From a virus, in the UHGV virus genome UHGV-0114973: 18,293 nt of DNA; one strand, written 5' to 3'. The first letter of the stretch is position 1. The number at the start of each line of letters is the position of its first letter. Below, piece after piece: positions 1-9,135 of this stretch. A program made the position numbers and the translations under genes. The notes under the pieces were generated by a model. That model was not told the DNA's origin. It saw only the letters and a list, made by a program, of their open reading frames with translations, and searched no databases.

Positions 1-10
1 TGAATACACA

Positions 11-637
11 ATGGAAGCACGTTACAACACGACACCTGTTATTTATGAATACGCGCGTGCTGTAGCTGCAAACCAGATGACAATCAACGCACCATTGACT
101 GAAAAAATGACAATGGATCTGACGTTTGTAGCACAGGATTTATCAGCACCGTCAGAAACAGCGCTACCAGGTTCCGGGTATGTTGAATTCGTGGCTAACG
201 AAGCGTACAACACCGTAACGAACCTGAACCGTGTACGACTGACCGGGATTGATGATAGTGGCCTCAGTACGTTCCTGAAAGACGTTACTGTCACTGTGAA
301 TAACAACGTGTCAGGTGAAAACGTGCTGGGCGTGATGGGTGCTGCATTTACCAACATCGGTAACCTGGAAATCACGATGGAAACTGAAACAGTGATGACG
401 GACGGTGCTGTACTGGCTGCGATCCGTAACAACGCAACAGTCAACTTCGAACTTGCCGGGGTAAACGGTGATGGTGCAATTGTGGTTAACATCCCCGCTA
501 TGACACTGGGTGACGGTTCTAAAAACCTTGCAACGGGCGAAAAAGTGAAAGTCACTGTTAGCGGTAACGCCCACGAAGAAGAGTCGATCGGTTTTATGAT
601 TGGGTTCAGCTTGTTCCCGTACTTGCCTACAGCATGA
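11..637 (+). CDS. major tail (tube) protein; may extend upstream of the window
   Basis: 208-aa ORF directly upstream of the chaperone pair and tape measure gene, the conserved position of the major tail protein. Ser/Thr/Val/Asn-rich beta-type composition. Followed by a hairpin terminator at 658-681. The frame is open to the window edge, so the true start could lie upstream. Confidence 0.6.
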   Translation: MEARYNTTPVIYEYARAVAANQMTINAPLTEKMTMDLTFVAQDLSAPSETALPGSGYVEFVANEAYNTVTNLNRVRLTGIDDSGLSTFLKDVTVTVNNNVSGENVLGVMGAAFTNIGNLEITMETETVMTDGAVLAAIRNNATVNFELAGVNGDGAIVVNIPAMTLGDGSKNLATGEKVKVTVSGNAHEEESIGFMIGFSLFPYLPTA

Positions 638-657
638 CATGGTAGATGGTAGTGGTT

Positions 658-681
658 GCCCGGTTAACGCCGGGCTTTTTT
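658..681 (+). terminator. rho-independent terminator after the major tail gene
   Basis: GCCCGG (658-663), 6-nt loop TTAACG, CCGGGC (670-675), then TTTTTT (676-681). Lies 21 nt after the major tail stop codon (635-637). Confidence 0.5.
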
Positions 682-683
682 GT

Positions 684-947
684 TTATATTTTACCCTCCT
701 GCATCAATCCTTCAGCAACAGTCATTTGGTAACGTGGTGCTTTCCATGCTTGAAGTGCTTTTTCTGCACCTTTTTGTGTTTTATACGGTTTGATACTTGT
801 TAAAATAGCAGTTGTAATACCTGCACCATAACCACGGTCTGTTTCCTGACAAACTCGAAACAAACCATCAATTTGTTTAACTACTAAACGTTTGAACGCA
901 ATATTGCCCGTTTCTTTGTTGATGTAGCGTTGAATTACCCGTTCCAT
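684..947 (-). CDS. small hypothetical protein (87 aa), antisense insertion in the tail operon
   Basis: ATG at 947-945 preceded by GAGGG with an 8-nt spacer. No signal peptide or transmembrane segment. Sits in the 448-bp gap between the major tail gene and the chaperone gene, on the opposite strand. No family recognised by eye. Confidence 0.45.
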   Translation of the reverse strand: MERVIQRYINKETGNIAFKRLVVKQIDGLFRVCQETDRGYGAGITTAILTSIKPYKTQKGAEKALQAWKAPRYQMTVAEGLMQEGKI

Positions 948-979
948 TATTTTAACCCTCAGTTCGTTTCGTTGAGTTA

Positions 980-1008
980 AAGATACCTTAACAGGTGTAA
1001 TTCGTCAA
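980..1008 (-). promoter_or_regulatory. candidate sigma70 promoter for the antisense ORF 684..947
   Basis: On the minus strand: -35 TTGACG (complement of 1003-1008), 17-nt spacer, -10 TATCTT (complement of 980-985). Places the transcription start about 25 nt upstream of the ATG at 947. Confidence 0.35.
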
Positions 1009-1025
1009 GAATTATTTTAAATATC

Positions 1026-1054
1026 TTGCGTAATTTGTACAGAACTATTACTAT
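1026..1054 (+). promoter_or_regulatory. candidate sigma70 promoter ahead of the chaperone and tape measure genes
   Basis: -35 TTGCGT (1026-1031), 17-nt spacer, -10 TACTAT (1049-1054), in an AT-rich region about 30 nt upstream of the ATG at 1086. Confidence 0.3.
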
Positions 1055-1085
1055 CTAATCGTCTACTACATAAAAGGTAAAAACC

Positions 1086-1508
1086 ATGTCAAAGTTTGAC
1101 CATCTGAAAAAAGCACTTTCTCCACTGGTGCTGAAGTCTTCTGCTGAACTGATTTTAAATGAAAATTTCAGTATCACCGTGTTGAACCTGAACACCGCTA
1201 ACCAGGTATATAACGTAACAGTCGCGGACTATGTAAAACAGAACGGTGTGTTGTCTGAAAATTTCTTTAAAAAACTGTGGAATCAGGAATATACACCAGA
1301 AGGTGTTAAGTTCGTGGCTAACGTTCTTATGCTGGACTGGAAACTGATTGGTGAAGATGACAAACCGGAACCATTCAGTGTCGAAGAAGCTATTGAATTG
1401 TTAAGTGATGAACGTTTCGGTCAGGTGATCTACAGCCGTGTTATTCAGTTCGCAATTAATTCCGCATTCTTCCAGGACGAATGGGAAAAACAGATTGAAA
1501 AAAACTGA
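1086..1508 (+). CDS. tail assembly chaperone (lambda gpG-like)
   Basis: 140-aa acidic ORF immediately upstream of the tape measure gene. Ends at a slippery heptamer with a -1 frame extension, the conserved G/GT architecture. AAAGG ribosome-binding site 8 nt upstream. Confidence 0.7.
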   Translation: MSKFDHLKKALSPLVLKSSAELILNENFSITVLNLNTANQVYNVTVADYVKQNGVLSENFFKKLWNQEYTPEGVKFVANVLMLDWKLIGEDDKPEPFSVEEAIELLSDERFGQVIYSRVIQFAINSAFFQDEWEKQIEKN

Positions 1509-1804
1509 TCGACTTCCTCTTGTGGAACGATAAGACAGACGGGGACGACCTGGACTGGGTTACACAAGGGGCGGCTGCACGTGGTATATCTGTTCCGGTT
1601 GTTGTACAGAAACGTCCTGAATTGCGACCTGATGCTATCTTTTACTGGAATGCTTATTTGGACCTGATGGAAGCTGATTGGGTTGCTTGTGAGCGGTATG
1701 CACGGGTGTATAACGTTGATGTACAATTCCTATGGAAATTATTGATAGCATTGCGGTCTGCACGTGTTGCCGAGATGAAGAAAAATAAACATAAGCCCGG
1801 TTAG
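1086..1804 (+). CDS. tail assembly chaperone GT-like fusion made by -1 frameshift at 1499-1505
   Basis: Zero-frame ORF 1086-1508 joined to the -1 frame reading ...KKLIDFLLWNDKTDGDD... through to the TAG at 1802-1804. The position before the tape measure gene is the canonical G/GT location. Confidence 0.55.
1499..1505 (+). other. candidate -1 programmed ribosomal frameshift site (A AAA AAC)
   Basis: Heptamer A_AAA_AAC sits in the zero frame of the chaperone gene, directly before its TGA stop (1506-1508). The -1 frame opens exactly here (preceding -1 frame stop at 1496-1498) and stays open to 1804. Confidence 0.55.
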
Positions 1805-1817
1805 TTCCGGGCTTTTT
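1793..1817 (+). terminator. hairpin plus T-tract after the GT extension
   Basis: AAGCCCGG (1793-1800), loop TTAGTT, CCGGGCTT, followed by TTTTT to 1817. The stop codon of the extension lies in the loop. Confidence 0.45.
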
Positions 1818-1875
1818 CATATATTATGGTTAACATGTTAAACTGTGTACATGCTTCACGAAAAGGTTAATCAAC

Positions 1876-4791
1876 ATGGCACAATATCCTATTGATATTA
1901 AGATTGATACCGGTTTGGCTGACCGCAATCTTAACAATCTTAACAGTCAGTTAGATCAGACTGAAAAATCAACCATAGCTGCTGCACAGGCTGCTAATCA
2001 GTTATCTGTGGTTGAACAGCAGGTTGCAAAAGCAGCACAGCAACTGGCACAACAACAAGCTAATCAGGCTGCTAAAGCTGTTGCTGTAGCTAGGGCTACG
2101 CGTGAAGCAGCACAGGAACAATCACGCCTGTTAGCAACACAGGGTGCTGCTGCTCGTGCGGCTGGTCAGACTGTTAATAATCAACAGAAATTTGCTGAAT
2201 TAGCCAAAATTATCAAACAAGCAACTGCTGATGAAAAGAAAGCAATTGACGATTTGACTAACAGTCTTAAAAAACTTGATAATCAGCAGAATAACACTAA
2301 TCAATCAACACAAAAAACTAAAGGCGCTCTTGAAACACTTGTCACTGGTGCAAAAGCGTTTGTTGGTTTACAGATTGCAGGGTCACTTTACGACTGGGGT
2401 AAAGCGTTTGTAGATACTGCAACGAAAGTTGAACTGCTACAGAGTCGCATTAATCTGTACACATCAACGTCGGTTGAATCACAACAGATTTTTGCGCAAT
2501 TAGTACAACAGGCTAACCGTGCTGGTACAGATATTGACGCGGTGGCAAACAGTTTTCAGCGTTTTGCCGCTGCTGGTAAAGATGCCGGGATTAGTAATCA
2601 GGTTATTTTACAGTTTACCGACAACCTGCAAAAAATGGCCCGTGTATCTGGTGCATCCAGTGCTGAAGCATCTGCTGCTATTTATCAATTATCACAGGCA
2701 TTTGCATCTGGTCGTTTGCAGGGGGATGAATTCCGATCTGTGTCAGAACAATTACCAACTGTTCTTCAGGTGCTGGCTAAACAAATGGGTGTCACCACGG
2801 GGGAACTTAAACAATTAGGTTCTGATGGTGAAATTACCCGTGATAAATTGTTGCTGTTAAACAACGCGACTGATGAAATCAGCGCACAGTTCGATAAACT
2901 TCCTCGTTCTGTAGATCAGTCTGCCACTGCGTTACGTAACAACCTGTCTGTGGCTATTGCTGAACTCGATCAGCAGATTGGCGCATCTAAATTCCTGGCT
3001 AAATTCCTAGACCTGTTAGCAGGTGGTGTATCGGGTACAACAGAGTTAATAAAAGCCGCTGCAGGTGCTGACAAACTGGCACAAGCCACTAACAATCTGA
3101 ACAGTGTTACCGCAAAACGTGAAGCCAATCTGAAAGAAATTGCAGATCTGGAAGCACAAATTCAGCGTGGGTATACAACACAGTCAATTGGTGGGTATAC
3201 AAAATTTGTTGGTGACACCAGCGCTGCACAGAAGAAATTAAACGAACTTAAAAAACTTGATGTTCAGTTAACAAAACAACAAGCAGAAGCACAACGAGGG
3301 GTTGTTCAGGCTACTCCATTGGGTAAGGGTGTTGCTGAAAATCTTGCAAATCAGGCAAGCACTTTACAGGCGAGTATTACGGCTGCTCAGGCTGCCGGAC
3401 GTCCTGATGCCGAATCTGCAAAACAGATTAAAAACCTGAAAGAACAGATTACCTATACCCAGGCGCTTGCTGACGGTAACTATGAACTGGCAGCAAGTCA
3501 GAAACTGGGTAACAAAGCAACAAAGGAACAGATTGCAGACTACGCTGCGTTGTTGAAACAACAGGCAGAATATAAAGAAAATCAAAAAAACCAGAAGAAA
3601 TCAGCGAGTGCTGAAGCATCTGCGGCTAAACGTGCACAGAAAGAACTGGAACGTAATCAGGCTGCTAACCAGAAATACCTGAAAACGCTTCAGGATAAAA
3701 TCAATGCTGGTAATTATGATGTTCAGTTAGCACGCGAACAGGTTCAGATTGCTTTAACACAGGGATCGTCTGTTGAACAACTTACAGCAACGTATCAGAA
3801 AGAATATCAGGTACGTCAACAGTTAACGCTGGCTTCACAACAGGCGGAAGCACAGTCACGACTGAATAAAGACGCGACTGATGCTGAACGTGCCGCTGTT
3901 GATGCACATGTAGCTGCATTGCAACGTCAACAGCAGATAGCACAGTTAAGCGCAGATGTAAAACAAGTTGACATTGATGTGAAAGCACAGTTGAACCCGT
4001 ATCAATCACAAATTGATCAGGTTAATCAACAGGAAGCAACACGTCTTAGTATTATTCAAACTGCCCGTGAACAAGATTTAATCAACGAGCAACAATACCA
4101 GGATATGAAAACGCAGATTCAACAGGCTGGGGAACAAGCCCGTACGAATCTTGCAAATGCTAACTACAGCTTGTTGCTACAATCCAGTGCTGATTTTTTG
4201 GGTCAAATGGCTGCTGGTCTGGCACAATCTAAAGGTGAGCAATCAAACGCGTATAAAGCGATGTTTGCACTGTCTAAAGCCTTTAGTATCGCACAGGCGA
4301 GTATTAACCTGTGGACAGCCGTTAGTCAGGCTATGGCGTTGCCGTTCCCGGCGAATATTCCGTTCATTGCACAGGCTTTATCATACGGGACAAGCGTATT
4401 AGGTAACATTCAGTCTGTGGCTGCAACAGGTTTTGCAACGGGTGGTTATGTTAAAGGTCCGGGTACAGGTCAGAGTGACAGTATAAACGCACGTTTGAGT
4501 AATGGTGAATTTGTCAGTACCAAACAGGCTACGAGTCGTTATCGTAGCACTCTGGAAGCAATGAATCGTGGGACATACACCCCCGGATCTGAAGGTGGTT
4601 CATCACCTAATATTCAGGTTCATAACTACGGTGGTGAACGTGTTCAGGTGAAACAAGGATTAACACGGGATGATGTAGTGCTTATCATAGGTGAAGAATT
4701 CCCACGACAATCAGCGGCACAATGGAATGACCCGTACAGTCAGACGAATAAAGCGTTCAGGTCTAACTATGATGCGAACAGGAAAATATAA
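1876..4791 (+). CDS. tail tape measure protein
   Basis: 971-aa ORF, very Ala/Gln-rich with long coiled-coil-type heptad stretches and a Gly-rich hydrophobic C-terminal region. Follows the chaperone pair. At about 0.15 nm per residue the length implies a tail of roughly 145 nm (inference). Confidence 0.9.
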   Translation: MAQYPIDIKIDTGLADRNLNNLNSQLDQTEKSTIAAAQAANQLSVVEQQVAKAAQQLAQQQANQAAKAVAVARATREAAQEQSRLLATQGAAARAAGQTVNNQQKFAELAKIIKQATADEKKAIDDLTNSLKKLDNQQNNTNQSTQKTKGALETLVTGAKAFVGLQIAGSLYDWGKAFVDTATKVELLQSRINLYTSTSVESQQIFAQLVQQANRAGTDIDAVANSFQRFAAAGKDAGISNQVILQFTDNLQKMARVSGASSAEASAAIYQLSQAFASGRLQGDEFRSVSEQLPTVLQVLAKQMGVTTGELKQLGSDGEITRDKLLLLNNATDEISAQFDKLPRSVDQSATALRNNLSVAIAELDQQIGASKFLAKFLDLLAGGVSGTTELIKAAAGADKLAQATNNLNSVTAKREANLKEIADLEAQIQRGYTTQSIGGYTKFVGDTSAAQKKLNELKKLDVQLTKQQAEAQRGVVQATPLGKGVAENLANQASTLQASITAAQAAGRPDAESAKQIKNLKEQITYTQALADGNYELAASQKLGNKATKEQIADYAALLKQQAEYKENQKNQKKSASAEASAAKRAQKELERNQAANQKYLKTLQDKINAGNYDVQLAREQVQIALTQGSSVEQLTATYQKEYQVRQQLTLASQQAEAQSRLNKDATDAERAAVDAHVAALQRQQQIAQLSADVKQVDIDVKAQLNPYQSQIDQVNQQEATRLSIIQTAREQDLINEQQYQDMKTQIQQAGEQARTNLANANYSLLLQSSADFLGQMAAGLAQSKGEQSNAYKAMFALSKAFSIAQASINLWTAVSQAMALPFPANIPFIAQALSYGTSVLGNIQSVAATGFATGGYVKGPGTGQSDSINARLSNGEFVSTKQATSRYRSTLEAMNRGTYTPGSEGGSSPNIQVHNYGGERVQVKQGLTRDDVVLIIGEEFPRQSAAQWNDPYSQTNKAFRSNYDANRKI

Positions 4792-5294
4792 TGAGCAATA
4801 CAGATGATTTACCACGGCTTGAGTACGGCGCGAAAATGGTGTTACCTGAGCGTGATAATTACAGTTATAGTCCACCGTGGGGTGTAACTAAATCTGATAT
4901 TTCCGGGACGCTATCACGGTTAGGTCGTAGCGCCTTTGGTGGCCCTGCTCAGGTATCGTGTACAATTCAGTTATATAGTCCTGCGATGCTTCAGTGGTGG
5001 GACGACTTTTATAATCTAGAAATCGCTGAAGGTAGTAAGCGGTTTGTGATGCAACTGTTTGTGAACGGTTTGATTCAGGAACACGTTGTTCAGATTGTCA
5101 GTAACCCGTCGTCCTCTGTTGTAGGATGGAAAGGATCTGTCGATCTACAGTTGCAAGCTGTTCCTGTAATCGACCGTTGCGCAATGGCATCACGATTGTT
5201 AATCACTAAATGCCAGGGTGATTACGCTGCTTGTTACCTTAAAGAAATTATTGATACTGGCCTACTCTTAAATAACGCGTGGACACCAGAATGA
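4791..5294 (+). CDS. minor tail protein (gpM-like position)
   Basis: 167-aa ORF whose ATG overlaps the tape measure TAA by 1 nt (TAATG). Called from position and translational coupling only. Confidence 0.5.
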   Translation: MSNTDDLPRLEYGAKMVLPERDNYSYSPPWGVTKSDISGTLSRLGRSAFGGPAQVSCTIQLYSPAMLQWWDDFYNLEIAEGSKRFVMQLFVNGLIQEHVVQIVSNPSSSVVGWKGSVDLQLQAVPVIDRCAMASRLLITKCQGDYAACYLKEIIDTGLLLNNAWTPE

Positions 5295-5797
5295 AAGACG
5301 AACTGCGTGAATTATTAACGGTCGCAACAACTGGTAAAGGTGTTGTTGACGGTGTGAAACTGAATCATAGTTCATGGCCTAATCCGCTATACATCACCAG
5401 TATTTATCCGGGATTTATCGCTGTGCATGAAGACGGTAAGGAATACGAGTATGAGTACGTTCCGATGTCCGTCAAGAAGGCGAATAAACAAAACGATTTA
5501 TCACAGGATTATTCATTCACTATTCAGGATTTGAATGAAGTTGTTGGTGTATATCTGGACTTAATTCCTCTTGACAGTAATGAAAAACCATCTGTTGAGT
5601 TGCGAACGTTTGTTTACCGTGAAGATGGTTCCATGTCTGATATTCAGGATGGACCATATCTTCTGGAATCTGGCGATATTACTACTGAACCACAGGGTTG
5701 TACGTTTACAGCGTCACCACCTATTACGAACTTTGCCGGGACAGGTGAATTATATACGTTTGAACGTTTTCCCACTCTACTGGCGTATGCAACATGA
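5291..5797 (+). CDS. minor tail protein (gpL-like position)
   Basis: ATG at 5291 overlaps the upstream stop (ATGA); the GTG at 5279 given in the ORF track is less likely. 168 aa. Called from position only. Confidence 0.5.
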   Translation: MKDELRELLTVATTGKGVVDGVKLNHSSWPNPLYITSIYPGFIAVHEDGKEYEYEYVPMSVKKANKQNDLSQDYSFTIQDLNEVVGVYLDLIPLDSNEKPSVELRTFVYREDGSMSDIQDGPYLLESGDITTEPQGCTFTASPPITNFAGTGELYTFERFPTLLAYAT

Positions 5798-6153
5798 TCG
5801 GTGATCGCTACGATATTGATAAATGGAATTGTACACACGAGGTTAGTCAGTGGTATCAGGTCCACAACTACCCACACGTATTGAAAACTGTTTCAGGTGA
5901 TGAATGGGATATTGCGTTTGTTCGTTGGATGCGAAAACGTTTTTTACCAATTACCACACCGGAACAAGGTGCACTCGTACTGATGAAGAACAGATATTCA
6001 GGCGGTTTTCATGTCGGCGTGTGGGATTGTGGAATGGTTCATCATTGTTATCAACCACCGGGTGATTCACCGGGACAGACAATCAGATCACCTTTAAGTA
6101 TAATCAAGACAGCACATAAAGAAATCACGTTCTGGAGAATGAAAAGTGTCTAA
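5794..6153 (+). CDS. NlpC/P60-like cysteine peptidase-fold tail assembly/tip protein (gpK-like)
   Basis: 119 aa. Candidate catalytic Cys in WNCTHEV and His in GGFHVGVWD, the spacing typical of NlpC/P60 and CHAP papain-like folds. ATGA overlap with the upstream gene. Position matches lambda K. Confidence 0.55.
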   Translation: MIGDRYDIDKWNCTHEVSQWYQVHNYPHVLKTVSGDEWDIAFVRWMRKRFLPITTPEQGALVLMKNRYSGGFHVGVWDCGMVHHCYQPPGDSPGQTIRSPLSIIKTAHKEITFWRMKSV

Positions 6154-8677
6154 AGTCATCTATCACACTAATCCTGTTGAACACGCTGATAACGTTGACT
6201 TTGGTGAATGGATGCTGAAACGCTGGCCCGTGGGTACAGTTCGTCCGCGTGGGTTACTGATTTATAAAAACGACGAAAACATTACCCAAAAGTGGGTTAC
6301 TGACCCCAGCGTATTGACTGATCCTGATGCTGTTTATCATATTTATGAACTACCAAAAGGTGGAGTGGTTAGTGCAATAACGAAAGTTATTAGCACAATT
6401 TTAAATCCCATTTTAAAATTGTTCATGCCGAATACCAGTGCATCGGCTAATCTTAAGAATTCACGTTCAGCATCGTCTAACAACGCGCTTCAGGGGCGTA
6501 CTAATGCTTCACGACCGGGTGAACGTATTTCTGATATCCGCGGTCGTGTACTGGCATATCCTGACCTGTTAATGGACTACCGAATCTTCATTGACCGAAC
6601 AGAATATGAAGTTCAGTTTCTGTGTCTGGGTGCTGGTGAATACGAAGTCGAAGATGTTCGTGATGGTATTACACCTGCTGTAAATATCAGCGGTGAAAAA
6701 TTAGACTTTTATAAAAAAGGTAATGCACCAGGGTATGGTTCTCCATATATGAATATCGGTGGTGCAATTGATATTAACACTTTTCCGATCATGGTTGCTA
6801 AGTCGTCGAACGAAGCAGACGGATCTGAAGTCAAGCCACCAAACTATGCTGATATCAGCAAAGCGAGTTTTAAAATTTACAGCACTGGTGAAATTGATAC
6901 TACGATTACCAGTGATGATAACACTACGATTGACTGGTCGGAACGTGCACCAATCGGTAGTAAAATTCGTTTATCACAATTTTACAGTTTTACACCTAAT
7001 ACGTTACCGTTAAACACGTATGTACGTAATGACCTGTCCGGTGAATATGATGTTATTTATGCAGGTGAGAATACGTTAATCATTGATACTACTGGTCGTG
7101 AAGGTTGGGATGCTCTGTCTGAAAGTGGTCAGGCTGCATATACACAGGCTTATTTGCGAAACGACGGTTACTGGGAATTTGAAACCACTGAAGGAAGTGG
7201 AAGTATTTTATACAAGTTTTCACCGTCTCTTGACAGTACCACACCGTATATTGTCGGGCCTTATCTGATTGACAGTGCGGATAAGTTGATGATTAATCTT
7301 TATGCACAGAATGGTGTGTATAAAACTGATGGCGACATTTATCCGTTCACCTGTAATTTCCAGGTAGTATTGTCAGACCCGAACGGTGTGAAAGCGAATG
7401 TGACACACTCTATGTCTGTTCGCGGTCGTTATACAGAAGCCGTAGGTAATTCATTAATTGTGGATAACCCTTTTGACGGTCCTGTCAACGTGTCTGTAAG
7501 ACGACTATCAAATACAGATAAAGACTTCGAAGGGTCTGTTGTTGACAACATCAAGTGGCGCGATTTATACGCTATCACGAATGTTTCTCCGCGTTCCTAT
7601 GGTGATGTGACATTGATCCATACAGTGACAAAAGCAACAAACGCTGCACTGAAACAAAAAGAACGTAAATTAAACATGATTGCAACACGTGTGTATAACG
7701 ATGTTGCAAGTAGTAATTTTGCAGACGTTGTAATGTCAATGCACACAGATCCTTTATTTGGTCGTCGCACATTGGACACTATTGATCGCGATGCTTTATA
7801 TGCTGTTCAGGAACAACTTCTTGAATATTTTGGTGACCAACGAGCAATTGAAGTTGGCTATACGTTTGATAATAACAGTACGACGTACGAAGAAGGATTG
7901 GACACTATCTGTAACACGGTGAATGTTAAACCGTATCAGATCGGTAGTGTATTGTATTTCTGGCCTGAATTACCACAGAACCAGTCCGCAATGCAGTTTG
8001 GTCACGCATTTAAGATCCCTGACAGTGATAAACGTACGCGCTCTTTTGCGCCACCTAAAGAATATACTGGTGTTCAGGTTAAATACTTCGATCACGATGA
8101 AAAATCATATTTATACGTAACTAAAGGTGAGGAAACAAACCTCAATAAGATAGATCTTGTCGCATGTCAGTCGCGATATCTTGCAAATATCCGTGCTAAT
8201 CGTGAAATGAATAAGTTACGTTATCAACGTATTACCCACGAGTGTACAGCGCTTAGTATTGGATTACAGGCTACCCCAGGTATGCGAGTGGATATGATTG
8301 ACAATACCCGTATGAAACAACATGAAGGTGTTGTAGTTGACGTTGACGGTTTAACACTTATTCTTAGTGATCCTGTTACGTTCACCACGGGTAATACATA
8401 CAGTATAACATTGACACACCGACTGGGAACACTTGAAAACATTCCTGTAACTGCCGGGGATGATGAGTTTTCCGTGGTGATGGCGTACCAGCCATCTGAA
8501 GAAATTTATACAGGATGGTTGCGTGACCGTACAGCATATGTGATCCGTGCTGATGATGAGCGTAGCAAATTAGCAATGCTTGTTCAGAGTATGGAACCGT
8601 CAGGAAGGGATAATAACTATCAGGTAGGTTTAACGTGCATCAATTACGATGCACGTTATTATCAGGATGATTTATAA
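6146..8677 (+). CDS. tail tip/hub protein (gpJ-like, without a long C-terminal receptor-binding extension)
   Basis: 843-aa ORF starting at a GTG with GGAGA 7 nt upstream, overlapping the previous stop. Large beta-rich protein at the end of the tail assembly operon. Confidence 0.6.
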   Translation: MSKVIYHTNPVEHADNVDFGEWMLKRWPVGTVRPRGLLIYKNDENITQKWVTDPSVLTDPDAVYHIYELPKGGVVSAITKVISTILNPILKLFMPNTSASANLKNSRSASSNNALQGRTNASRPGERISDIRGRVLAYPDLLMDYRIFIDRTEYEVQFLCLGAGEYEVEDVRDGITPAVNISGEKLDFYKKGNAPGYGSPYMNIGGAIDINTFPIMVAKSSNEADGSEVKPPNYADISKASFKIYSTGEIDTTITSDDNTTIDWSERAPIGSKIRLSQFYSFTPNTLPLNTYVRNDLSGEYDVIYAGENTLIIDTTGREGWDALSESGQAAYTQAYLRNDGYWEFETTEGSGSILYKFSPSLDSTTPYIVGPYLIDSADKLMINLYAQNGVYKTDGDIYPFTCNFQVVLSDPNGVKANVTHSMSVRGRYTEAVGNSLIVDNPFDGPVNVSVRRLSNTDKDFEGSVVDNIKWRDLYAITNVSPRSYGDVTLIHTVTKATNAALKQKERKLNMIATRVYNDVASSNFADVVMSMHTDPLFGRRTLDTIDRDALYAVQEQLLEYFGDQRAIEVGYTFDNNSTTYEEGLDTICNTVNVKPYQIGSVLYFWPELPQNQSAMQFGHAFKIPDSDKRTRSFAPPKEYTGVQVKYFDHDEKSYLYVTKGEETNLNKIDLVACQSRYLANIRANREMNKLRYQRITHECTALSIGLQATPGMRVDMIDNTRMKQHEGVVVDVDGLTLILSDPVTFTTGNTYSITLTHRLGTLENIPVTAGDDEFSVVMAYQPSEEIYTGWLRDRTAYVIRADDERSKLAMLVQSMEPSGRDNNYQVGLTCINYDARYYQDDL

Positions 8678-8706
8678 CAAGTTATCTAAGCCGTTGGCTT
8701 GTTTTT

Positions 8707-9096
8707 GTTGCAACATCTGAGCAGTGGAAAGATAAGCAGACAGGAGAAAAGAAAGAGCAGACTGAATGGCATCGCGTGGTCATCTTCGGTAAACTTGCTG
8801 AAGTTGCAGGAGAATATCTTCGTAAAGTCTCGCAGGTGTATATTGAAGGCCAGCTTCGCACTCGTAAATAGACTGACAGCAACGGAGTAGACCGATACAC
8901 TACGGAGATTGTCATTCCACAGATGGGTGGAGTTATGCAGATGCTTGGCGGTAAACGTGATGATTCTGGTCAGCAACCACGCCAGCAACCTAAAGGCGGA
9001 TGGGGAACAAACCCGCAACAGCAGCAACCAAAACAACAAAGACCACAAGGAGGAAATGAGCCTCCGATGGACTTTGTTGACGACATTCCGTTCTGA
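8707..9096 (+). pseudogene. ssb: ssb remnant: 5'-truncated, with an in-frame amber codon at 8869-8871
   Basis: Frame-1 translation reads [81 protein letters not shown]...[16 protein letters not shown]. This is collinear with E. coli and F-plasmid SSB from about residue 37 to the C-terminal DDIPF tip. The conserved Trp codon TGG is replaced by TAG. No start codon and none of the N-terminal OB-fold residues are present. Confidence 0.8.
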
Positions 9097-9106
9097 TGAT
9101 AAATAT

Positions 9107-9126
9107 AACCCCGCCGAAGCGGGGTT
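9107..9126. terminator. bidirectional hairpin terminator between convergent units
   Basis: AACCCCGC, loop CGAA, GCGGGGTT. Flanked by A-rich sequence on the left and TTGTTG on the right, so either strand sees a hairpin followed by a U-rich tract. Sits between the ssb remnant stop (9094-9096) and the tailspike stop (9136). Confidence 0.5.
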
Positions 9127-9135
9127 GTTGAAATA

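Noticed and set aside
43-640. Minus-strand ORFs 43..555 and 311..640 overlapping the major tail gene
   Set aside because: They are antisense to a well-supported structural gene, with low-complexity translations and no ribosome-binding site, so they are shadow ORFs.
2519-4402. Internal ORFs within the tape measure gene (2519..2818, 3364..3585, 3782..4009, 4151..4402)
   Set aside because: They are off-frame or antisense within a continuous 971-aa coding region, with Cys/Leu-rich low-complexity products typical of spurious frames.
8923-9096. Internally initiated peptide carrying the SSB C-terminal tip as an expressed decoy
   Set aside because: No Shine-Dalgarno sequence at a suitable distance precedes the ATG at 8923 or the following ATGs, so the simpler reading is a decaying pseudogene. 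It is mentioned in the findings as speculation only.
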